Below, in pieces: positions 25,361 to 35,214 of a stretch of 64,000 nucleotides of DNA. The notes under the pieces were generated by a model. The model saw only the letters and a list, made by a program, of their open reading frames with translations, was not told the DNA's origin and searched no databases. The stretch's first letter is position 1. Each line of letters begins with the position of its first letter. The position numbers were made by a program, and so were the translations under genes. Source of the DNA: Eubacteriales bacterium (GTDB lineage: Bacteria; Bacillota; Clostridia; Christensenellales; Aristaeellaceae); NCBI GenBank assembly GCA_031552735.1, contig JAVBMF010000026.1:747-64746 (forward strand). The letters run 5' to 3'.

Positions 25361-26353
25361 ATGAAGAAGATCCTGTCTCTGGCTCTCGCTCTCGTGCTGG
25401 TTCTGTCGCTGGCCAGCGTCGCTTCCGCCGAAGTCGTGCTGAAGCTCTCCGAAACGCATAGCGAAGGTTACCCCACCACTCTGGCTGACCAGGAATTCGC
25501 CAAGATGGTCGAGGAGAAGACCGAAGGCCGCGTGAAGATCGAAGTGCATAGCAATGCTACCCTGTTTGCTGACGAGCCCGGCGCTATCGAAGCGCTGCAG
25601 ACCGGCGACCTGGGCTTCGCCCGCGTGTCGGCTTCCCCCGTGGGCGCGTTCGTGCCCTCCATCAACGCGATCCAGATGCCCTACCTGTACAACAACAAGG
25701 ATCATATGTGGAACGTGCTGAACGGCGAAATCGGCCAGAAGTTCCTGGCGGATATCGAAGCGTCCGGCTCCGGCCTGATCGGCCTGTGCTACTATGATGC
25801 GGGCTCCCGCTCCTTCTACCTGACCAAGGAAGTGCACACTGTTGCGGACATGAAGGGCCTGAAGATCCGCACCCAGGGCAACCCGATGATGGTGAAGATG
25901 GCTGAGCTGCTGACCGGCGTGCCCGGCGTGACCGGCATCGGCGCTGGCGAAGTGTACTCCGCGATCCAGAACGGCACCGTGGACGGCGCCGAGAACAACT
26001 GGCCGACCTACCAGAACAACTCCGACTACGAAGTCGCGAAGTTCTACATCCTGGACGACCACACCCGCGTGCCGGAGATCCTGCTGGGCTCGGTCGCCGC
26101 GCTGAAGGACGTTTCGCCGGAAGACCTGCAGATCATCAAAGACTGCGCCAAGGCCACCCAGGAATTCGAAATCCAGAAGTGGGCTGAGAAGGAAGCTGAT
26201 TCCGAGAAGATCGTGCGCGATGCTGGCAACACCATCGTCGAGCTGACCCCGGAAGCCTATGCCGAGTTCCAGGCTGCCATGGCTCCGCTGTATGACGAGT
26301 TCGGTAAGGACTACGCCACCGAGATCCAGGCGATCCGCGATCTGGGCAAGTAA
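25361..26353 (+). CDS. dctP: TRAP transporter substrate-binding protein (DctP family)
   Basis: It has a signal peptide (ASVASAEV) and DctP-type motifs (LKLSETHSEGYPT, NNWPTY). GAGGAGG precedes ATG 25361. Confidence 0.85.
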   Translation: MKKILSLALALVLVLSLASVASAEVVLKLSETHSEGYPTTLADQEFAKMVEEKTEGRVKIEVHSNATLFADEPGAIEALQTGDLGFARVSASPVGAFVPSINAIQMPYLYNNKDHMWNVLNGEIGQKFLADIEASGSGLIGLCYYDAGSRSFYLTKEVHTVADMKGLKIRTQGNPMMVKMAELLTGVPGVTGIGAGEVYSAIQNGTVDGAENNWPTYQNNSDYEVAKFYILDDHTRVPEILLGSVAALKDVSPEDLQIIKDCAKATQEFEIQKWAEKEADSEKIVRDAGNTIVELTPEAYAEFQAAMAPLYDEFGKDYATEIQAIRDLGK

Positions 26354-26377
26354 TCTTAGAACACACATTTGTTGCTT

Positions 26378-26412
26378 GGGGGGAGCCCTAAGGGGTTCCC
26401 CCTTCTTCTTTA
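26378..26412 (+). terminator. Intra-operon hairpin/partial terminator between dctP and dctQ
   Basis: Imperfect GC-rich stem GGGGGAGCCC-TAA-GGGGTTCCCCC followed by the T-rich TTCTTCTTT. This is typical SBP/permease differential-expression architecture. Confidence 0.5.
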
Positions 26413-26491
26413 CAATTGTCGTTTTCCTTATTGTTCCATGTATCATAAAGGCTTGCCCTGATTTGGCGGCTCATAGGTAGGAGGGGTAGAT

Positions 26492-27088
26492 ATGCAGAAA
26501 ACGCTGGTATCGATCGATCATGGCATCCAGAAGGTTGTTCTGCTGATTGCGCAGGTTGCGCTTTGCTCGCTGGTATTGCTGGTAACGGCTAACGTGGTGC
26601 TGCGCTATGCGTTTGGCATGGGGATCAAGTGGTCGGAAGAAGTGCCCAGTACGCTGGTGGCGCTGTTCGCGTTCTTAGCCTGCGCGATGGGCGTGCGCGA
26701 TCATCTGCATGTGGCGGTCAGCGTGATCTATAACCGCTTTCCCGAAGGTGGTAAGGGCCGCAAGGTGCTGGATATCCTGACCGACCTGTGCTCGCTGCTG
26801 GTGGGTCTGTTCATGCTGTACTATGGGTATCAATATTTCGCTAAAATGCGTCAGTTCCCCAACAACAAGCTGCCGATGACCGGCTGGCCGCGTTGGGTGC
26901 AATACTTCTCGGTGCCGATCGCCGGACTGGTCATCACGTATGACTCGCTGTTGTTCCTGTTCGGCGTGATCAAGCCCGATGACAAGATCTTCTCGGATAC
27001 CGAGGAAGATCCGATGGATAAGGCGCTGCGCTTGCGCGCAGAACAGTTGGCTGAAGAGGCCGCCAAGCTAGAGGGGGGTAAGGCGTGA
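26492..27088 (+). CDS. dctQ: TRAP transporter small permease (DctQ family) with a C-terminal cytoplasmic tail
   Basis: It has four TM helices, and a 4-nt overlap with dctM. Confidence 0.8.
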   Translation: MQKTLVSIDHGIQKVVLLIAQVALCSLVLLVTANVVLRYAFGMGIKWSEEVPSTLVALFAFLACAMGVRDHLHVAVSVIYNRFPEGGKGRKVLDILTDLCSLLVGLFMLYYGYQYFAKMRQFPNNKLPMTGWPRWVQYFSVPIAGLVITYDSLLFLFGVIKPDDKIFSDTEEDPMDKALRLRAEQLAEEAAKLEGGKA

Positions 27089-28389
27089 GCGTACAGGCAT
27101 TAGCGATTACCGTACTCATTGGTGGATTCGCGCTGCTGGTATTGGTTCGCGTTCCGGTCGCGTTTTCACTGTTGCTCTCTACCGTTGCCGCGGCGATGAT
27201 TAACAACACCGGCTTGACCGGCCTTGTGCAGCAGATGGTCAAAGGTGTGGACAGCTTTTCCATGCTGTCGATTCCGTTCTTTATTCTGGCTGGCGAGATC
27301 ATGGGCGCCGGCGGCATCTCCAATCGCCTGATTGACTTCTCCAACCTGCTGGTTGGTTGGATGCGCGGCGGTTTGGCGATGGTTAACTGCGTGGCGTCGA
27401 TGTTCTTTGGCGGCATTTCCGGTTCCGCCGTGGCCGACGTGTCCTCGCTGGGCACGGTGCTGATCCCGATGATGGTCAAGCAGGGCTATGATGAGGACTT
27501 CGCCGTGGGCATCACGGTGACCAGCGCCTGCCAGGGCGTGCTGATCCCGCCGAGCCACAACATGGTCATTTACGCGCTGGCGGCGGGTACGTCGGTGTCG
27601 GTCGGCAAGCTGTTCATGGGCGGCATGATCCCGGGCATCCTGCTCGGCTTGGCGCTGATGGTGGCCAGCTATGTACTGGCCGTGCGCCGCAATTACCCGC
27701 GCGGTGAAAAGATTGAGATGAAGCGCATTCCGGGCGTCGTTGGCCGCGCCGTGCTGCCGCTGCTGACCATTGTCATCATCATGGGCGGCGTGATGCTGGG
27801 CATCTGCACCGCCACCGAATCGGCGGCCATTGCCTGCGTGTACGCGTTTATCGTCACCTTTGTGTTCATCCGCGAAATCAAGATCACCGCGATGGGCAAG
27901 ATCCTGCGCAATGCGCTCAAGACGCTGGCCATCGTGCTGACGCTGATCGCCACCGCCAAGGCTTTTGCCTACATGATGACCACGATGCGTGTGCCGGAAA
28001 CCATTACGGGCGCACTGCTGGGCATCACCAGCAACAAGTATGTGCTGCTGATGATCATCAACGTGCTGCTGCTGTTCTTGGGTTGCATCATGGATATGGC
28101 GCCGCTGATCCTGATCATGACGCCCATCCTGTACCCGGTGGTCACCAACCCGGTGGTGGGCATGCATCCGGTGCACTTTGGCGTGATGCTGATCTTCAAC
28201 CTCGCCATTGGCCTGTGCACGCCGCCGGTTGGCTCGGCGCTGTTTGTCGGCTGCGCGATTGGCAAAACCCCGATCGAGCGCACCAGCAAGAACATGCTGC
28301 CGCTCTTTGGCGTCATGGTGGCGATGCTGATGCTCATCACCTATGTGCCCGCGGTGGTGATGACCGTGCCGAACATGATCAAGATTTGA
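27085..28389 (+). CDS. dctM: TRAP transporter large permease (DctM family)
   Basis: 434 aa and polytopic, with FFILAGEIMGAGGIS and GGISGSAVAD motifs. Confidence 0.9.
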   Translation: MSVQALAITVLIGGFALLVLVRVPVAFSLLLSTVAAAMINNTGLTGLVQQMVKGVDSFSMLSIPFFILAGEIMGAGGISNRLIDFSNLLVGWMRGGLAMVNCVASMFFGGISGSAVADVSSLGTVLIPMMVKQGYDEDFAVGITVTSACQGVLIPPSHNMVIYALAAGTSVSVGKLFMGGMIPGILLGLALMVASYVLAVRRNYPRGEKIEMKRIPGVVGRAVLPLLTIVIIMGGVMLGICTATESAAIACVYAFIVTFVFIREIKITAMGKILRNALKTLAIVLTLIATAKAFAYMMTTMRVPETITGALLGITSNKYVLLMIINVLLLFLGCIMDMAPLILIMTPILYPVVTNPVVGMHPVHFGVMLIFNLAIGLCTPPVGSALFVGCAIGKTPIERTSKNMLPLFGVMVAMLMLITYVPAVVMTVPNMIKI

Positions 28390-28432
28390 TAGAGCCGAAT
28401 CAAAACGATTCAAGGAAGAGGAAGGTATACGC

Positions 28433-29461
28433 ATGGCAAGGGTTATCACATTTGGCGAGATTATGCTGCGGCTGAAGAGCCCCGGCTACGAGCGGTTTTT
28501 CCAAAGCAGCATGCTGGAGGCGACCTTTGGCGGCGGGGAGGCCAATGTGGCGGTGTCGCTGGCCAACTATGGCATGGACGCGGGCTTCGTGACCGTGCTG
28601 CCCGATAACGACATCGCCGCTGCTTGCAAGCGCGAGCTGCGTGGCTTTGGCGTGGATGTATCCGGCGTGCAGTCCGGCAAGGGCCGCATGGGCATCTACT
28701 TCCTGGAGACCGGCTCGAACCAGCGCGCGTCCAAGGTGATCTATGACCGCGCCGAGTCCAGCATCGCGCTGGCCGAGCCGGGCAGCATTGACTGGGAGAA
28801 GGCGCTAAAGGGTGCGACGTGGTTCCACTTCACCGGCATCACCCCGGCGATCAGCAAGACCGCCGCCGACCTGACGCTGGAGGCGCTGAAAGCTTGCAAA
28901 AAGCTGGGCGTGCATGTCTCCTGCGACCTGAACTATCGCAAGAACCTGTGGAAGTGGGGCAAGAAAGCCAACGAAGTGATGACCGAGCTGGTGCAATATG
29001 TGGACACGGTCATTGCCAACGAAGAGGACTTCCAGATGTCGCTGGGCCTAGAGTCGGCGTCGCACGTCGAGTCCGGCGAGCTCAACGCCGAGGACTACAA
29101 GAAGATCGCGCAGACCGCGATGGCCAAGTATCCCAACATCCAGCGTGTCGCCATCACCCTGCGTGAGAGCAAGAGCGCCAACATCAATAACTGGGCGGCC
29201 TGCCTGTATGACGGCAAGCAGTTCTATCTGTCGCGCAAGTACGCGATCACCGATATCGTGGATCGCGTCGGCGGCGGCGACAGCTTTGGCGGCGGTCTGA
29301 TCTACGGCCTGAACACCTACGACGATCCGCAAAAGGGTCTGGAGTTCGCCGTGGCGGCCAGTTGTCTCAAACACACCATTCAGGGCGACTTCAACCGTGT
29401 CAGCGTGGCCGAGGTCGAGGGCTTGATGAAGGGTTCCGGCTCGGGCCGCGTGCAGCGGTAG
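28433..29461 (+). CDS. kdgK: 2-dehydro-3-deoxygluconokinase (PfkB family)
   Basis: It has MARVITFGEIMLRL...GGGEANVAVSLA and the C-terminal DRVGGGDSFGGGLIYG, the PfkB signature; 342 aa. Confidence 0.88.
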   Translation: MARVITFGEIMLRLKSPGYERFFQSSMLEATFGGGEANVAVSLANYGMDAGFVTVLPDNDIAAACKRELRGFGVDVSGVQSGKGRMGIYFLETGSNQRASKVIYDRAESSIALAEPGSIDWEKALKGATWFHFTGITPAISKTAADLTLEALKACKKLGVHVSCDLNYRKNLWKWGKKANEVMTELVQYVDTVIANEEDFQMSLGLESASHVESGELNAEDYKKIAQTAMAKYPNIQRVAITLRESKSANINNWAACLYDGKQFYLSRKYAITDIVDRVGGGDSFGGGLIYGLNTYDDPQKGLEFAVAASCLKHTIQGDFNRVSVAEVEGLMKGSGSGRVQR

Positions 29462-29538
29462 GCACAGTTTTCGCGCAAAAAAGAAGGGCCCTTTGGCCCT
29501 GCGCAGCGGCAAGAAGCTGCGCTGGAATGATTGACCCT

Positions 29539-29570
29539 GCGGCATAGCGGAATGGCTATGCCGCTTTTTT
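29539..29570 (+). terminator. Rho-independent terminator closing the hexuronate locus
   Basis: A 10-bp stem GCGGCATAGC/GCTATGCCGC with a 6-nt loop, followed by TTTTTT. Confidence 0.85.
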
Positions 29571-29587
29571 GTGGTGCTTTGCGGCGC

Positions 29588-29986
29588 TCAGTCCACCAGA
29601 TATACATCAAAGGGCTTCTCTTTTCCGCCGACACAATAGCGCCGGACCTCCTCTTGCCACCATGGCAGTATCGTGTCGGAAAAAAGTCGGATCAGCTCCT
29701 TCTTCAAAGGCGGGTCATTTTCCAAGAAAGCTTCAAAGTTGTATAGAATGAACACATATTTGTCTTTTCCTAGCCAACTCAAGTCACGCATCCAATCCAA
29801 ATAGCCATTAAGACATTTTGCCGCGAAAGGAAATTGGAATTTTTGACCCATGATGGACAAATAATCTTGAAGAGAGCGCACCGCGCCCCCATCAAGTTCG
29901 GCAAGAAATACCGCACTGTCTTGCAACAGCGATTCCTTTTCCCTCCGTATTTTCTCTTTTGAAGTGTGATGAATTTTGTTTTTCAT
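29588..29986 (-). CDS. Barstar-family (RNase-inhibitor/immunity-like) protein
   Basis: It has LDGGAVRSLQDYLSIMGQKFQFPFAAKCLNGYLDWMRDLSWL...VFILYNFEAFL. This matches the barstar pattern: an L-D-G start, F-P-x-Y/F-x-G/x-N-L-D-A-L-x-D and a following hydrophobic strand. The gene lies in an AT-rich islet. I prefer ATG 29986 (AAGGAG 13 nt upstream) over GTG 30013. Confidence 0.5.
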   Translation of the reverse strand: MKNKIHHTSKEKIRREKESLLQDSAVFLAELDGGAVRSLQDYLSIMGQKFQFPFAAKCLNGYLDWMRDLSWLGKDKYVFILYNFEAFLENDPPLKKELIRLFSDTILPWWQEEVRRYCVGGKEKPFDVYLVD

Positions 29987-30299
29987 CTTGATACGATATC
30001 TCCTTTTCAGCACAGGAATCGGCGAACGTTCTGCTTTGCCCGATTATTGCATATCGGCAAAGGATTGAATCCCGTCCCGGTGCTCATCATAGTCAATTGG
30101 AATCGGTAATAGCGCAAAAAGAGCCTGAAAAAGCGGTCTGTAGGGCTCCATACACAAATAGTGCTTCATCATTTCCCACGCTGCCCCTCCCCATCATCAG
30201 TGCACACGGATTCGAAACCTCATATTTCCATTCACATTCTACACAATCAGTTGAATATCCTGTATAATATTTGCGTTATGTAGAGGGGAGGGATGGCTG

Positions 30300-32567
30300 G
30301 TGGGCGAAACGACGCACCCCGCGATGGCGCAGGAGCGCGCGCAAGTGGCACGGACACTGGCCATCATTGCCGATGAACGCGTGATTGCCGCGCAAGAGGC
30401 GACCGAGCAGGCAGAGCGCATCGGTCGGCTGGCGCGCGAGGCGGGTGGGATTTACAGCGACGAGGAGGAAGTGGCGCGCTTTGTGGGGCGCACGCTGGAT
30501 CAGCGGGTCGATGCGCTGGCGCGCGCGGCCAATCGTCCCTACTTTACGCGTGTGGACTTTATCCCGCAGGGCGGCCGCGCGGAGACACACTACATTGGCA
30601 AGTGGGGCGTGCTGAAGAGCCCGGACTTTGACAGTGTGGTGGTGGACTGGCGCTCGCCGGTGGCCAATCTGTACTATTCGGGGCAGGTCGGGCCGCTGTC
30701 TTACACGGCGCCGGATGGCGCGGTGCACGGTGAGCTGACGCTCAAGCGGCATCTGGCGGTGGAAAATGGCGAGCTGCTGTCGGTGTTCGACACCGATGTA
30801 GTGTCGCAGGACGCGTACTTGCAGCAGGCGCTGGCCGCGATATCCCCCACAAAACTGCGCGAGATTGTCTCAACCATTCAGGCGGAGCAGAACATCGTGA
30901 TCCGCCATTCGCTGGATAAGCCGCTGGTGGTGCAGGGCGTTGCCGGATCGGGCAAAACCACCATCGCGCTGCACCGTATCGCATGGCTACTGTACGCATA
31001 TCAGCGGCGGCTTGCGCCCGAACAGATGCTGATCCTCGCGCCCAGTCCGATGTTTCTGGACTATATTTCGGCGGTGCTGCCCGACCTGGGCGTCGAGCAT
31101 GTGCGGCAGGATACGGTGGCGTCGCTGCTCAATGCGACACTGGGCAAGGAAGCGGTGCGGTTGCATCCCGACGACACACTGGAGCAGGTGCTGGCGCAGG
31201 ACGACGCGCAGCGGGCGCGCACGACCGCGCGACTGCAATACATGGGCTCACTGCGCTTTGGTCAGGCGATTGAAGCGTTTTTATCCGGTGTGGAGCAGAA
31301 CCTCGCGCCCGAAGGCGATCTGCGGTTTGGGCCAGCCAAGCTCTACACGCAGGCTGAGTTGCAGCGTATCCTGTCCGAGGAGCTCAGCGCGTTTCCACTG
31401 CGCCGCCGCGTGCAGGAATTGCGCAAGTATATCCAGCGCAAGCTACAGCATGCTGCCGGTCAGGTCGAAGCCTGGCTGCGACAGGAATGTGAGCGTCGGG
31501 TGCAGGCACTGCTGGACACGCTGCCCGATGGAGAGACGCGCCGCCAGCGCATGATGAAGCTCTATGACAGCCGAGACGCGCGCATCCGGGAGTTGAAGGA
31601 TAGCGCCAAGGCGTTCATACCCGAGGCGCTGGCGCGCTTTGCCAAGCTGGACATCCTCTCGCTGTACGCCGATTTTTTGCGTACGCCGGTTGAGCGCATG
31701 CCCGCAGAGGATCGCGACGCGTGGCTGTTGGTGCAGGCACACAGTGGCATCCTGCGCGGCGACAAGCAAGCGCGCACCGAGGATGTGCCCGCGCTGGCGC
31801 TGATCGCGCGCCGGGTGGCAGGCTGGGTAAAGCAGGACATTCGGCATGTGGTCATCGACGAGGCGCAGGATTTGTCGCCGCTGATGGTCTATGCGGTGAA
31901 AGAACTGGCGGGCCACGCATCGTTTACCATTGTGGGCGATCTGATGCAGGGCGTGCACGCCTATCGGGGGCTGACCAATTGGTCGCAGCTAACCGACGCG
32001 GTATTTGGCGGGGCGGCAACTTTTCACGAGTTAGTGGTGAGCTACCGCAACACGGTGGAGATTATGCGCTTTGCCACTGAGGTGGCGCGACGGCATGCGC
32101 CGGATGGCCAGACCGAACCCATGCCGGTGCTGCGCCATGGGCCGGAGCCAATTGTGACCGAAGTCGCGCCAGAGGACAGCGGGCGCGCCATCGCCGAACA
32201 GGTGCGCGCATGGCGGCAGGAAGGATTTGGCGCGATCGCTATCATTGGCCGGGACGCTGTGGCCTGCGCCGCGCTGATGCGGATGCTGCCCCAGGAATTG
32301 GAGGCCAGGCTGGTGCGCGCGGAGGACACCGTGTTTCGTACCGGGCTGTCGGTGATTCCGGCGGCGCTGGTCAAGGGGCTGGAGTTCGACTGTGTGCTGC
32401 TGCCAGATGTCAGCGCTGCGCTGTGGGCGGATGCGGCGCTTCAGGCGCGGTTGCTCTATGTGTGCGTCACGCGGCCATTGCATCGGCTGACTTGTTATTA
32501 TTCCGGCGTGCCTAGCGCGCTGCTGCCAGAGGAGAGGAGAAAACCGCATGCGCACGCAACCCGATAA
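30300..32567 (+). CDS. helD: HelD / helicase IV-like UvrD-superfamily ATPase (RNA polymerase-associated)
   Basis: It has an N-terminal coiled-coil, then PYFTRVDFIP...HYIGKWGV. Walker A is GVAGSGKTTIALHR, with VIDEAQD and a C-terminal KGLEFD. GTG 30300 follows GAGGGGAGGGA. Confidence 0.75.
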   Translation: MGETTHPAMAQERAQVARTLAIIADERVIAAQEATEQAERIGRLAREAGGIYSDEEEVARFVGRTLDQRVDALARAANRPYFTRVDFIPQGGRAETHYIGKWGVLKSPDFDSVVVDWRSPVANLYYSGQVGPLSYTAPDGAVHGELTLKRHLAVENGELLSVFDTDVVSQDAYLQQALAAISPTKLREIVSTIQAEQNIVIRHSLDKPLVVQGVAGSGKTTIALHRIAWLLYAYQRRLAPEQMLILAPSPMFLDYISAVLPDLGVEHVRQDTVASLLNATLGKEAVRLHPDDTLEQVLAQDDAQRARTTARLQYMGSLRFGQAIEAFLSGVEQNLAPEGDLRFGPAKLYTQAELQRILSEELSAFPLRRRVQELRKYIQRKLQHAAGQVEAWLRQECERRVQALLDTLPDGETRRQRMMKLYDSRDARIRELKDSAKAFIPEALARFAKLDILSLYADFLRTPVERMPAEDRDAWLLVQAHSGILRGDKQARTEDVPALALIARRVAGWVKQDIRHVVIDEAQDLSPLMVYAVKELAGHASFTIVGDLMQGVHAYRGLTNWSQLTDAVFGGAATFHELVVSYRNTVEIMRFATEVARRHAPDGQTEPMPVLRHGPEPIVTEVAPEDSGRAIAEQVRAWRQEGFGAIAIIGRDAVACAALMRMLPQELEARLVRAEDTVFRTGLSVIPAALVKGLEFDCVLLPDVSAALWADAALQARLLYVCVTRPLHRLTCYYSGVPSALLPEERRKPHAHATR

Positions 32568-34080
32568 GCACCGGTATGAAAAGCGCGGTTTGGTTCTATT
32601 GCTGTGGGTATCGCTGCTGGTCTTTTTGGGCGGCTGCGCGATACACGCCCGGGCACAGGATGCGGCACCCGTGCCGTCCGATATGCTACTGAGCGCGTCG
32701 GCGGGTATGGATGCCTATGTGATTGACGCCGCGCTGGACGTGAAGGCGGCTACGCTGACTTGCACGCAGCAGGTGGTCTACACAAACCGCACCGGGCAGG
32801 TGCAGGACATGCTGTATTTTCACGCGTATGCCAACGTGTTCAAGCGCGAGGATACCTCGCCGGCCACCGATCCAGCGTTGATGGAAGAGACCTACGGCAA
32901 GCAGGGCTTTAACCCCGGCGAGATTTCCTTTGCTGAGGTGCTTGTTCAGGGCGCGCCGGTGGCCTTTGCGCTGGCGGGAGACGCCGAAACCATCCTGCGC
33001 GTGCCGGTGGGCAATCTGGCGGACCGTGCCACCGTGCGCATTGATATGCGCTATACGATCCGTGTGCCCAAGCTGGGCTTCCGCTTTGGCGTGCGCGAAA
33101 ATGTATGGAGCTTTGGCAACGTATTCCCGATTGTCGCAATATTCGAGGATGGCGCGTGGCGGCTCGATCCCTACGGCAAGATTGGTGATCCGTTCTACAG
33201 CGCCTGTGCCAATTACACGGTGACATTGCGCGCGCCCAAGGGATATCTGGCCGCCGCAACCGGTACGCTGACTGCGCAGGACAAGCAGACGGATGGTTCG
33301 ACGCAGTTCCGCTTTGAGGCGCTGGCTGTGCGCGATTTCGCGATGACTGTCAGCAACAAGTACAAGACGGCCATACGCACCGAGCAGGGTGTACGCGTCA
33401 CCGCCTATGCGATGAGCGATAAGCTGGCCAAACGCACCGCCGAGATCGGCGCACAGGCGCTGACGGTGTATGCGGACATTCTCGGCGAACCCTACCCCTA
33501 TCCGACGCTGACGCTGGCCGCCAGCGAGATGGGCGGCTATGGCGGGATGGAATATCCCAGCTTTGCGATGATCGATCTGGGGCAATACGAGGACCGAAAG
33601 GTCAAGGATGGCTCGCTGGAAATGGTGATTGCGCACGAGGTAGCGCACCAGTGGTGGTACGCACTGGTGGGCAGCGATCAGATTCGCGCGCCGTGGCTGG
33701 ACGAGGCGTTGACGGAGTACAGCGCGATGCGTTACTTTGAGCGCATCTATGGACAGAAAATATTCGATGCGCTGTTTGCGCAGCGTGTGGAAAGCGCGAT
33801 GCGCGTCACCGTGCCCAGCGACCGCACGATTGCCGCTGAGGCCGAGCGGTTCTCCTCGCTGGCGGAGTACAGCCTGGTGGTCTATCGCCGCGGCGCGGGC
33901 ATGATGCTGGGACTCAAGGATGCGCTGGGCGAGGATGTATTTCGCGAGGTGCTGCGCCGCTACATCGGTACCTACCGGTTTGGCTTTGGCACGCGCGAGG
34001 GGTTCGAGCGCATCGTGAACGAAGTGACGGGCGCAAACTGGAGCGGGTACTTGGATGACTATCTGGATGGTACGATGTGA
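32548..34080 (+). CDS. M1-family zinc metallopeptidase, lipoprotein
   Basis: It has the lipobox FLGGC after a TM/signal segment, the zinc motif VIAHEVAHQWW plus the downstream WLDEALTEY, and the GAMEN-like segment GGMEYPS. It overlaps the helD 3' end by 20 nt. Confidence 0.8.
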   Translation: MRTQPDKHRYEKRGLVLLLWVSLLVFLGGCAIHARAQDAAPVPSDMLLSASAGMDAYVIDAALDVKAATLTCTQQVVYTNRTGQVQDMLYFHAYANVFKREDTSPATDPALMEETYGKQGFNPGEISFAEVLVQGAPVAFALAGDAETILRVPVGNLADRATVRIDMRYTIRVPKLGFRFGVRENVWSFGNVFPIVAIFEDGAWRLDPYGKIGDPFYSACANYTVTLRAPKGYLAAATGTLTAQDKQTDGSTQFRFEALAVRDFAMTVSNKYKTAIRTEQGVRVTAYAMSDKLAKRTAEIGAQALTVYADILGEPYPYPTLTLAASEMGGYGGMEYPSFAMIDLGQYEDRKVKDGSLEMVIAHEVAHQWWYALVGSDQIRAPWLDEALTEYSAMRYFERIYGQKIFDALFAQRVESAMRVTVPSDRTIAAEAERFSSLAEYSLVVYRRGAGMMLGLKDALGEDVFREVLRRYIGTYRFGFGTREGFERIVNEVTGANWSGYLDDYLDGTM

Positions 34081-34083
34081 TGC

Positions 34084-34130
34084 AAAAAACAATCCCCCGG
34101 CAGTGCATTTTGCCGGGGGATTATTATTAT
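34084..34130. terminator. Bidirectional terminator between the M1 peptidase gene and galM
   Basis: A 12-bp stem AATCCCCCGGCA/TGCCGGGGGATT flanked by an A-run (5' side) and a T-rich run (3' side). Confidence 0.8.
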
Positions 34131-34140
34131 TGAGGTGACG

Positions 34141-35214
34141 TTACACGTCGCTGCGCACAGAGAACTTGTAGACGGTAGTGCTTTCGTAGGACTGGTTGGC
34201 CGCAAAGATACAACTGGGGAAATTCGGGTGGTTGGGCGAATCCGGGAAGTACTGGGTTTCCAGACACAGACCGCCGTGCTTTCCATACAAGGCATTGTCC
34301 TTGGCCGGATGATCGACCGAGAGCATATTGCCGGCATAGAACTGGATGCCTGGCATGTCAGTGAAGGTTTCCATCACGCGGCCGCTGGCCGGATCATACA
34401 GCTCGCTGGCTTTGCAGACGCCTTCGCTGGCATCCACCAGCACGAAGTTGTGATCGTAGCCATGGCCATTGCGCAGTTGTTCATCCTGCTCGGTCATTGC
34501 CAGACCATCACCAATGTGGGTCAGTTCGCGCAGGTCCATGGGCGTGCCCGCCACATCGCGCAATTCGCCAGTGGGGATACACTGCGCATCGACCGGGGTG
34601 AATTGCTGCGCGCCGATCAGAATCTGGTGCCCGGCGATGCTGCCCGCGCCATGACCGGCGAGGTTGAAGTAGGCGTGGTTGGTCAAATTGATGACCGTCG
34701 TCTTGCTACACTGCGCGCGATATTGAATGATCAGCTCGTTGTCGTCGTTCCAGGTATAGGTGACGTGCACTGTCAGCGTGCCAGGATAGTGCTGATCGCC
34801 ATCAGGACTGACCAAGGTCAGCACCACGCTATCGCTGCCTTCGCCAGATTCGCAGGCGTGCGTCCATACACGCTTGTCAAAGCCAACGTTGCCGCCATGC
34901 AGGTGGTTGTCGCCCTCGTTGGTATCCAACTGATACAGCGTATCGTCGATGGTGAGCCGACCGCCAGCGATGCGGTTGGCATAGCGACCGACCAAAGCAC
35001 CCAGATAGCCGCCGGTGCGCTCATAATCCGCCAGCGTGCGATAACCCAGCACAACATCGCCAAAGATGCCGAAGCGGTCTGGTACGATCAGTTCGGTCAG
35101 CGTGCCGCCATACGTGATCAGCGAAACACTGGCACCGGACTGGTTGGTCATGGTGACGCGCGTCACAGGCTCTCCGGCCTGCGTTATGCCATATGGGGTT
35201 TCGGATATGGCCAT
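34141..35214 (-). CDS. galM: Aldose 1-epimerase (galactose mutarotase)
   Basis: It has GRYANRIAGGRLTIDDTLYQLDTNEGDNHLHGG, HAYFNL and ETQYFPDSPN motifs. ATG 35214 follows AAAGGAGAG. Confidence 0.88.
   Translation of the reverse strand: MAISETPYGITQAGEPVTRVTMTNQSGASVSLITYGGTLTELIVPDRFGIFGDVVLGYRTLADYERTGGYLGALVGRYANRIAGGRLTIDDTLYQLDTNEGDNHLHGGNVGFDKRVWTHACESGEGSDSVVLTLVSPDGDQHYPGTLTVHVTYTWNDDNELIIQYRAQCSKTTVINLTNHAYFNLAGHGAGSIAGHQILIGAQQFTPVDAQCIPTGELRDVAGTPMDLRELTHIGDGLAMTEQDEQLRNGHGYDHNFVLVDASEGVCKASELYDPASGRVMETFTDMPGIQFYAGNMLSVDHPAKDNALYGKHGGLCLETQYFPDSPNHPNFPSCIFAANQSYESTTVYKFSVRSDV

Noticed and set aside
30200-30225. GGATTCGAAACC string resembling a tRNA T-arm.
   Set aside because: No acceptor, D or anticodon stems can be drawn around it. 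No tRNA or rRNA was found anywhere in the window.
29571-30299. The AT-rich islet as a mobile element (IS, MITE or prophage remnant).
   Set aside because: No transposase, integrase, terminal inverted repeats or flanking direct repeats are visible. Only compositional deviation supports foreign origin.
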